Shown here piece after piece: positions 53,957-64,000 of a DNA stretch of 64,000 bases (position 1 is the stretch's first letter; every line of letters starts with the position of its first letter). A model generated the notes under the pieces. It made no database searches. It saw only the letters and a list, made by a program, of their open reading frames with translations, and had not been told where the DNA came from. The translations under genes were made by a program, and so were the position numbers. This DNA comes from Octopus sinensis (Eukaryota), in the NCBI RefSeq assembly GCF_006345805.1, contig NC_043008.1, positions 28,272,001 through 28,336,000 on the forward strand, read 5' to 3'.

Positions 53957-55500
53957 TAAATTAGAGATAAAACCACTATTAGGCAAATCAAACAATGAAA
54001 AACATAAGCCAATACATAAAATTAATTAATTTATATTATTTTAAATATATATGAAATGTATTAAAAGTTTAATAAAAGATAAAGAGTAAAACACTACGAT
54101 CGTTTCATGGCTGTACAATTCGTAATAATTCGAGTTATGGTTACAGTCAATCTTCAGGTTAATGGAAATATTTATCTTAGCGATGTTTAGCAATGGTTTT
54201 ATCTCTAATTTAATATAATATTGTTACGAAACGGAATCACCCGTCGTCGTCGCCCGCCCCGAACGGCCCACCAGTTCGCCACGGAACCCAAAGAGGCGGA
54301 GAGAGGAGATACAGATAGATACTGCCACAACCTCAACAGCACAGAGATACAGAGGCACAACCCGAGATACAACCCAAAGAGGCAAGGCAACAACTGGCAA
54401 CACTGGCTTATATTCAAACAACAGTTTATACGACAATTACAATTGCTACACATCAAATACATTTAAGGCAGACATTTAAAGGAAGACATGCACGTGACTA
54501 CTCAATACATCATACAACAGATCAAAGCATAATACAGCAGCATGTAACAATATAACAGTCCGGAGACACAACAAGTCATATACAGTATTTCAAAGGTACA
54601 CGTCCGAAGACACAGTTCTTTTCCCAAATCACATCAACAGATAACGTTCACAGTTCTTTATAATCTTTTTCTACACATATCAACACAATTCTGAACATAA
54701 ATACCACAATCGACATATCGACAAGTCCTTGTCTGTTCTTTTCACTGTTCATTTCTTTTCACTGTCTCTTTACATCGTGACACGCATCAATACACAATCA
54801 CATACCTTAATTCCCAACTGAATCGCCAGTGTCCCATTCTGCACCTCATCTCTCCGTACCGCTAATTCCCCTGTACATATTCCCTTCTGTGCCGCCAAGT
54901 TCTCTCGCATCCCAACTTGCTCCTAAGATTCCACCGCTTGCTCCTAACTTCCAAGAATCCGACTGTGTTCTTCGAGGACCGACCACCGACTGCAAGATCC
55001 GTCTGTGTTCTTCGACGACCGCTCAACGACTGCCCAGAACCTCACTTCCTTGTCCTGACTTCCACTCCCTCATCTCCCTCTGTACCGCTCACACCCTCTC
55101 TAACTGCCCTGGTCCCTATACTCTATCTATATCATCAATCTGTCCATTACGGCTTATCCTTTCTATTTGCCCTCTGCTCTTACTCTATCGCTATCGCCTA
55201 CTGTCCCCTACCCTCTCTATCTGTCCCTTTTCTCTTACTGCCTATCTCTATCGCCTGCTGCCTATTACCCTCTCTTGACAGCTCTACCATACTCTCTGCC
55301 TGTCCCCCTCTGCCCCCTCATCCTCTCTCACGACATATTCAAGGGGTGTCCAGAGCGACCCCTAATTCACCCGCACAAGGTCACAGGTCATTCCAAAACC
55401 CATTAGTCCTCCATTAAACAAAAGACTGTCACTTTTCTACTAGACATGCCGGAACCATAATTCCAATGTGGGTCACCGGGAAATGCACCAGCTAAACCGT
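53950..55500 (-). mobile_element. Non-coding, probably PLE-derived element with an HHR relic (54089-54160) near its 3' end
   Basis: The terminus TTAGAGATAAAACCACTATT..CAATACATAAAA..CACTACGATCGTTTC matches 5550-5660. Minus strand reads CTGAAGA-TTGACTGTA..TACAGCCAT-GAAAC(GATC)GTA. Both (TA)n-flanked ends lack a coding region. Confidence 0.55.
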
Positions 55501-55618
55501 AACAATATAATATAATATATTTTACTATAAAATTGGATTTAATCCTAAATCTGATTTTTCCCTGTAAGTTTGGATTTATTCCCTAATATTTTATTATATA
55601 TATATATATAATATATAT

Positions 55619-55661
<43 letters not shown>

Positions 55662-57833
55662 TCGCAAGCACCACTCGTATCCGAGTTTGGTTCAATCCGT
55701 ATATACATGATGCTGAAACCTAGCATGACTCGCTTAGAAAGTCCGGTGGTAAGAAAATAGTCTCGGTCATTGATCGCATGTCAGGCATGTAGAGTAGATT
55801 TGTTTTTGGCTTCTTCTCCAGTCTATCTCTTTTCTCCGAATGTGGAACAACCGAAATGAAATGATTTTCGACAAGATGGATGGCCAGCAGCTTCTGTTTC
55901 CCATGTGTGTAGGATAGATTCAAGGAGGAAAGACTTATGTTGATTTTTGCAACTGAGTTTCAGGGCTCCTAGATGTCGTTTGCCGTTGGGATTTACCGAA
56001 AAATATGTACAAGTGTCGTAGAAGAAGTAGTGCATATAAAATTAACGAGAATATAGTATTTCATAAGGCCTTGCACTAGAATCCCCAAAAGTGACATTAA
56101 ATACAATAATATCATTTAACAGAATATGAAAAATATATTCTTGCTGCTAAAATCCATCTTTAGCATGAAAGCTGTCACTGACTTTAATGTCCTTGCAAGA
56201 GAAAAGTGTAACAGTTATGTTTCTTTATTGTCTTTCATGCTTTCATATAAAGATTTATACTCTGAGGTGCGCTGTCTACTTTCTTTTGACAATTTTCAAA
56301 TTTTGCTGTAAAGTTTTAAAGTCCACTTTATGTTGATGAAAAGCTGTTGCAAAATTTATTGTCTGACATTTATGAGTATCAGTTACACAATGTCTTAATA
56401 GAGATATTTGCGAAGGGAAGTGGTTGCTCTAAACTATGAAACATCAATGTGAGATATTACTGTATATTCAGATATAATATTACGAATAAATGATCCTAAA
56501 TAACTACCGAATCAACGCCTGAATTTTGAAAACGAAATGATAATATATATTTAAGCAGCTGATATTTTGGATAACTGCGAATTCTTTGACAATGAATGAG
56601 GGGTTAATGAATTTATACATCACATAGGTATACAGACGTATAGGTGTAGTAGTATTCAATAGAAAATAGACAATGAAGGGTATGATACATGATGTGATAC
56701 ATCATAAGTTGTATGAGTATATATATCTGTATGTTCGTGTGTGTTTGTGTACACATGTATATATAATTTCAGAAGCGGTGACGAGTGAGCAGTCTGTAAA
56801 GATAGCTACAATATTTCTCCGCATATTGATTTTAGATAATAGTGACAAGCAGTCTATAAAATATCACATTTTTTTTCTTTTGAGCTTCCACATTTTATGA
56901 CATCAAATATCAGTAGCTGAAAAAAGTGAATTGCACAGATCTTGCTTCTTATTCATCCACAGAAATGGGAAATCATTTATGTGTGTTTTTCATGACCAAT
57001 CAAAATTTACTTGGTACACTACATTTCATAACGCTTTTTCTCAAAAATTATCAGGATTGAAGTAGCACATCAGTCGGTAAACAGATGTTAGTTTAAAAGA
57101 TTGCAATAGAAACGTGTTTTCAGCCTTTCTTCAAGTGAGTGTGACGAGAATGGATAATTTAATTCCAGTGTGCCTTGATAAATATGGCAATCATTTTCAT
57201 GAACACACATGCTCTTTGTATACAATAGCTACATACTTGAGTATATATCCGTAGTTCAAATCAACGGCGTTTGTTTACATGGTGTGGACATTTTGAGTGT
57301 CCTGCCACTTATTTCATATCAGTTTTAATCCATATCACCGAATAGATCTTTGTCATCATTAAATGAACGGGAATTATATTCTGTGACTACTATCTAATTC
57401 ATATTCAAAATCATTTCCGTATACAGCCACTTTGTGTTGTAAAAATGATAAACACAGAACATAATGCTGACAAGATCGTCCACGTTTAATGGGAAATAAT
57501 TGCAGATAATATCTTTGAAGGTTTGTTCTTCAACGTGACATGCGAGACGTCATATTATTCATAACATCCATTCCGAATTATAAGCCACAGAATCAGGAGT
57601 CTACCTTCCTACTTCCACTTTCTTAAATTCATTGCTTTGAGATTTTCTTTTATTTTCTTTCTCAGATCGAAATATCAATATTTGACAGAGACCCGTCAAA
57701 TATCTGTCCAAAACTTGCAAGCAACGATTACTTCTAGCGATACTATGGCCCTAATACCCCAATTAATTTTCTATCAGTTTACTTTCGGTTAGTTTCAACC
57801 TGCCAGGATTTTCTTATGCACGTTTCTTGATAA

Positions 57834-60232
57834 TGTTGTATTGGAAATGGTATACCCTTCCCACGGGACAAAGTTGTAGACAATCGGTTGCTGTAGGAAG
57901 TCAGAAGTAGCAGAGTCGTTGTTGGGGATCTCATTTGGAGTTAGTGTTAATTACGTGATATATACGAGTTCGAGCAATCGTCAAGGCAGACGCTTCAAAG
58001 TCATCGTCTAGCGGAGTTATCAGCGATAGCACAATAGACGAGTCAAAGATAAGACGCAGAATACCGCAACAACGTAATAGTGGTGAAAAGAATATTGCCG
58101 TGCTGACAAAAACAAGTGGACGACGATCCACGTTATAACAGTGGCCACGAGGTTATAAACAATTCATGCGCACAACGTTGAAAACAAATTCTTTTTCACG
58201 CGAAAATAAAAAAATTCACGGGGACCGCGTCGAAACTGTTTTCAAGTGGAGAAATTAAAAACTCAACGGAGTTACAAATATTTTTGTTGTACTTATTTTA
58301 CGAAAAATCCGTAAAATTATGTTAAACGTAAAACGTGTTAGAGGCTCTAGCTGAGTTGCGAAAACTTCAACATCCACAAATGTTACATTAACAGATACTA
58401 CAACAAATGATGTTCGTTAAAAAAAAAAAACAGAAAATACATTTTTGGCAGACCCCGTATCAAATTCAGTGGATGAATTTAAATATGACCTGGAAGAATG
58501 TGTCACCTTCATGGCATATTACCAAAGATTTGAACAAATTTCGAAAAAGAATGCCGAGACCAGACGGACGAAATGGAAACGTGTCTAATTCTGAGGAGAC
58601 TGGCGACAAAAGATCAAGAGAAATACTTTGACTTTATAGCGCCTAAAAAGATTCTGACATAAATTTCTCGGACTCTGAAAATATTATGTAGGATGCTTAG
58701 TGAAAAACATCGTTCTTCAACACACATTGGATGCGTTTGAACATTGAGAAAGGCGATCACGAAGAATTTACCATATATGCACGTAGAGTGAACAGAGAGT
58801 ATAAGAGATTTAATCTGGATAAACTATCTCCAGACTCGTTCAAGTACCTGCGTTTTTTTCAGGGGCTTACTGCTAAAACGAACGCAAAAATCAGAACGAA
58901 ACTTCTCGACAAGCTTGAAATGAACAAGGATATAACTCTCCAGAAACTGTCAGAAGAGTGCAATATGATATTAAAAGTAAGTACGTCACAGAAGAAATCC
59001 AAGCAAAGATTGTTTACAGATAAAACCAGTATGGATGAGTCAGAAAACGAATAAAGTTTTTCACAAAAAAACACGATATATAACAGTAGATATCTATGTA
59101 TGGCATGCAGTGATAGGCACCTGAGAAAAAAGAGTCCGTTCAAAAAAGCAAAGCGTTTTTGTAGTGGGAACACAAGACCCATTAAATCGCAATGCAGAAC
59201 TAAGATGACGAAAAATTTAATCAAACGAGAAAAAAAAAAAAGTTTTTCATCAGAGAGGAAAGATCGTACAGCGAAAAGAAAATTCATCAAGGTGAGAATC
59301 GAAATCACTAGTGTACAAATGCAATGAGACACGGGTAGTGACATAACTAACATAAATGAAGAAATATAGTGACAAATCGGTAAGCCGAAATTATTTAAAT
59401 CAAATAAAATAGCATATGGTTACAGGAAAGAAATTATATTTAATCAGTTACAGTATTTGCAATATAACTTTTCGAGGTGAAAAACATCACAAAACTTATT
59501 TGGCACAGAATTCATGGAGTTATTTAAAATATGGGATAACCCCATTAGCATTCTCTGTGAAAATGTTGCCGGCACGTTTAACAGTTCGAATGAAGTCGAA
59601 CAACGGAGACAAAATGTTTTTTAATGTTTCCAAATGTTTTTTGGAAGGATTAGGCTGTTACACTAAAACAAAAGCGAAGATCGCGGTAAAAGATAAGTGA
59701 CACCTGTTTTTAGGCCCCAAATGAACGTGATGTTTGCGGTCTTAGACCACGTTAATAAAGAGCTGGAAAGACTTGGAACTCTAGATATAATTGAAAAAGT
59801 CGACCATTCACACTGGGCAGCTCCGACGGTTTTTATAAATTAAAAAAATAATAAATTGTGTGCGAACTATTCAACTGGATTATATTACTGTAGTCGAACA
59901 AAATTATCCACTACCAAGCCCCGAAGAAGTGTTCTGAAAACTAAAGTGGAAGAAAAAGTAGACGCCACAGAGAAAGAATATCAAGTTGAAGGAAAGAACA
60001 CAAAAAATGGAGGAGGAGTGAATAAAGTAAAATAAAATCACATACTTCCCAAAAAGAGAAACTAAAAGGAGCGGTGTTGTAGTGGAAATATTACACCCTT
60101 CCCACTTAACGAAGTCGTATGAACAAGTCACTATAACGTCAGACAGTCAGACGTTGTAGGAATTTCATAGTAGTAGAGTCGTTCTACGAGTTCTTGGTTG
60201 GAGTCAGTGTCAGTTATGTGATATATACTCCA
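57834..60232 (+). mobile_element. Degenerate, internally deleted Ty3/Gypsy LTR retrotransposon
   Basis: 5' LTR 57834-58140 (TGTTGTA..TTATAACA) followed by a PBS-like GTGGCCACGAGG. Gag reads SNSVDEFKYD..YYQRFE..ILRRL..EKYFDFIAPK; protease MQ*DTGSDIT; RT N-terminus YSTGL..YPLPSPEEVF. A purine tract precedes a truncated 3' LTR starting at 60075 (TGTTGTAGTGGAAAT). Confidence 0.85.
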
Positions 60233-60699
60233 TTTTCTATCATACATTATTTTCAGAGAGTTGCATACTCTGCCATGTTATCGCATGCGAATGAAACAAA
60301 TTACACGTCTGGGAATTTCCGCTAATTTTTGCTAGAGTGTATGGAAAACGAAAACGTCACAATAACTGGGAGATTCTGGCTTTTATTAGTCTTTAACAAC
60401 ATTTATAGTAGGCAATGATGAACAGTTATACTGGAGAGTTTTTAAAATATATTGCAGTCAAAAGTAATGGTTATTGCGCCTACCATTCTTCTGTGTAATC
60501 ATCAGGGTCAAAACAGGCCAACAGATCGATATAAGTGATACGGAATGAGTAAATCAGGCTGGATTAATTGTCCGCTTGTAGGTTAACCACTTCTGAACTT
60601 TCACTGACGACGTTACATTTCTAGGTAGATTGAAAGACTTGGTTATAGAAATCCAACTAAACCAATCTGTATATGTGATGATGGCAAATAAAATCCAAA

Positions 60700-60890
60700 T
60701 CAGATTAAAAATTTTTGACACAAAGAGAACAATTCTGGTTGTTGCAGCAAGTCGATTACATCGACCCCAATGTTTAACTGGTACACAATTTATCGATTCT
60801 ATAGGGATGAACTTTAACTCAGAAGGCCATACAGATGAACTACTGCTAAACATTTTGCCTGGTATGTTAACAATTCTACTAGCTCATCAA
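60700..60890 (-). mobile_element. Degenerate SINE, family D
   Basis: Minus strand GATGAGCTAGTAGAATTGTT..AAAATGTTTAGC..TCGATAAATT..GGGGTCGATGTAATCGAC. Confidence 0.6.
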
Positions 60891-60984
60891 CATAATTCCA
60901 AATAAAATTTTAGTTTCAAATTTCGACATACGACCAACAATTTTGCTGAAGGTGTTAAGTCGATGATATCGGCCTCAGTACTCA

Positions 60985-61125
60985 ACTAGTACTTATTTTA
61001 TCTACCCTTAAAGGGTGAAAATCAAAGTCGACCTCAGTGGAGTTTGAATTCTGTATGGATGGAAGGACGGAGTGTCGCTAAACACCTTATCCAGCTTGCT
61101 GATGATTCTGCGAGACAACCTCCTT
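60985..61125 (-). mobile_element. Degenerate SINE, family D (5' part)
   Basis: Reverse complement of the family D head (AAAGTCGACCTC..TTTGAA..GCTAAAC..GATTCTG). Confidence 0.6.
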
Positions 61126-61319
61126 AAATCGAAATAAAGCATTAAAATATAAAATATCTCTATGTAACTGAGATAGCCATTCATACTTATATTAGAAAAA
61201 CTCTTGACGCGCTCCCAATATGTTGCATAGGAGGCCAAAACAATTCTACGAATGATGTCCTTTGCCGTAGTCCGAAATTATAACACTAGCACTTATTACG
61301 CAAATATGTCACACACTAA

Positions 61320-61445
61320 TGCGGTGAGCTGGCAGAAACGTTAGTACACTGGGCGAAACGTTTGCACGCGGGTCGATAAATTAAGTACCAGTTGCGTGTT
61401 GGGGTCGATCTAATCGACGGGGCCCTTCCCCAAAAAATTTGGCCG
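61320..61445 (+). mobile_element. SINE, family D, with an internal deletion
   Basis: GCGGTGAGCTGGCAGAAACGTTAG..GGGCGAAA..GGTCGATAAATTAAGTACCAG..GGGGTCGATCTAATCGAC. Confidence 0.7.
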
Positions 61446-64000
61446 TAGTAGCTAGAGTAGAAAAGAATATTTCACACACTATTCTTGTAGCAAAATGTCT
61501 GCATATGATACTGCAATAAAATTACAAGGTGGCGGAACCAAATTTTAACAGTTTGCGTTAAAAGAATACAAAATAACGTGTCCCCAAAAGAAGTATTTAT
61601 AAAGAAATCAATAATTGCAACCAGATTATGAATGGGAGATAAGCATTTTCTCTATGTACTTGCATTCAGTTTTCGGTAGTCATTTTTCGGTAGGACATGC
61701 CAAAGCAAACAGACTTGTGGAGAAAAGATAATGAATGCTAATTGTTCCACTTGGAATAGCTCAGGTGTTAAAAAGGGATCGTCAATATTCATGAATATAC
61801 AAAAATATATTTAAAGTTGCAGTTTAATAAAACGTGTTATAAATGCATATTTTCAAAAGTTAAATCTGAAGGATGTTGCTATGTTTGTTATCCATTTGTA
61901 ATACGTTTACCTTCTTTATAACAGTGCTATAATATGACAGAAATATTTATTTGCAAAGCATAAAAAGACTACATGCATTTGTGCATTTTAGGGAAAAGAA
62001 TATATTTAAGAAGATGGAAAAAACACGGAAGTATATATTATCGTAATTGTTAATATATATTACACGAAGTAAACATTTGAAAAGTGTAAAAATACAAATA
62101 GGAAACATGATCCGCAATTATGGAAGCCCAGTCACATAGGAATGTGAAATATCAACAAACTGAGCAGGCACAGTGCCGTTATGCAAAAGTGAAACAATAT
62201 TGAACGGAAGGGTGTAAGAATAGATTAAAAATGAACACAGTATAATAGCTTTAGTTTAGATTTGATATAATTTCAAGATATTTTAGAGATGTGTTACATA
62301 TATTACGCGTTTCAGCAAATATATGCGTGTAATATTACTATAAAAGGGCGTCATTTTCATCTACTAGAAATAATGTCCAAATTCATTATAGATTAAATGT
62401 GCTACAAATAGTCTATATTTCACCAAAGATATTGAAATATTACAGTAAAATAATATTATTCGTAATTATTACAAGTACAAGGAATAGTTGTTGAACATAT
62501 TTAAGCACATAAAAAGATATAATTAGGAAATTTATATTGCCTTGCTGTTCTATTTCTCTATGTTTTCTTGTTCAATGTCTTGAAAACAGCCTCTTCACAG
62601 TGAGCTGAATATTCCCATAAATCCATGTTAAACGTGCAAATTGCAGATACCCTAAATAGACCGACAAATACCATGTCTTCCATAGATGTTGAATCATTCT
62701 TTATCTCTACAACGAGCATACAGACCATTCGAAAGTGAAGAAGAAAATATTAATCACATGGGCATTTTTCATCAAAAGTCTGTACACTGTGGATTCCGCA
62801 TACAAAATTTTATCACACATATATTATTAAACAACACAGCGCTAATTACTTTAATTTTCTCTACCACCAACTAGCTATTGCTCGCATAGTATAATTTAGG
62901 CGACGAGCATCAATTCAGAAAAGACCTCCTGAAGCTTATGAAGTATTCGGTCTTTCTGCCAAGTACTCTACTCGCATGTACATTTTCAAAGTAAATTTTT
63001 CAGTTGAAATTTTTTTCATTTCTATTTGTTTTCCAGCCTCCACTCATATCCAATGCAAATTTTATACGAGCTAACATAAATACATTTTATCTCCTCAATA
63101 TTAATTTCTCAGATATAATCGTAGACAAACCGTGAGGATCGTTTGGGTGTTGTGTAACTGTACACTCCAACACATCTGTGTGCCATCAACCTATCCAAAA
63201 CCTTTATTCGAGAAGACGTTACGAGATAACATTCTGTGTTCTCTCCATTCCTGCGAAATTTGAGTTGCGGAGAGCATTCAAAGTTTATGGGTTCTGAAAA
63301 TTTGCATGCTCCTCTGCCTTTCATTTCAATAAGTTTTGTCTTGTTTCAATTCGTATCTTATTTCCTTGAGTCAATTGCCTTAATCGATATCTATAACTCT
63401 GGCTTGATCATGTCTTGCTATCGCAAAGGTTCAATGTTTGCCAATCATGCTTGTTCTAGTATATTGATGCTACCGTCTCCATATGTGCATTCATACCTTA
63501 TTGTATCATATTGGAAAACTTCATAATATTCTATACATTAGCTAACTGTTATATGCAAATATACTAATTTTAAAGAATTCTATACAATTTCAGGCAGCAG
63601 CAATTTTGAAATATTATGCAATGCGTCAAAACACCTGGACACTTTCAACATGAAAATGAAAACAAAGAGTAATTCCCTGTGAAAATAACGTCTCTCCTTT
63701 TTCAACTTACTGAATATGAAAGTAGAAGATTTTCAATAATGTCAACATCAAGGTTCATTGGAATCTCTATTAACGTGCTGAAAGGACAGCCATTTTACGC
63801 ACTAGCCGTCGTCATCAGCGCCAGCAAACACTTCAGGGCTAACAACTGCAAACCTTTTCAAAATTCTGGTGAGGTCTAAACCCTTTTTTGCGGCACATCA
63901 TGTTATTTCTGCTACAACAATTTGGCTTTGGTAGATATCAGCTTCAACATCAGCCGAAAAACTGGACAGAACGGTATATAAAAAAAAATAAGAAAAAACA

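Noticed and set aside
55720-56035. LLAIHLVENHFISVVP, loosely like an OTU protease C-terminus
   Set aside because: A single short motif, with no catalytic Cys region found.
56950-57800. Possible further PLE GIY-YIG relic (IVYK..C..HTG..HLKK) on the minus strand
   Set aside because: Too degenerate to support without a profile search.
60554-60853. ORF ending ..IFNLIWILFAII..WLTYKRTINPA, resembling GPCR TM6-TM7
   Set aside because: Most of the ORF is the minus-strand SINE family D copy (60700-60890), so the resemblance is probably coincidental.

Overview
AT-rich eukaryotic DNA, dense in microsatellites and almost entirely made of decayed mobile elements. It is most likely intergenic or intronic DNA of an Octopus-type cephalopod; this is inferred from recalled SINE sequences and was not verified by a search. 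No intact host gene is supported. Contents: two full-length dead mariners, one MITE, about a dozen tRNA-derived SINE copies or fragments, several Penelope-like element (PLE) relics of two types, R4/Dong-, HERO- and Tx1/L1-like LINE relics, and one internally deleted Ty3/Gypsy element. The most interesting unexplained signal is RNA-level. At least eight hammerhead-ribozyme (HHR) motifs can be read by eye on both strands. Three large fold-back (palindromic) non-coding elements each carry an HHR motif in the spacer between their inverted arms. Two HHRs show the compensatory U3-A8 swap of the C3-G8 core pair. This suggests a family of non-autonomous, ribozyme-bearing, PLE-derived fold-back elements. 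All calls come from manual reading and translation; no alignment, folding or database search was run.
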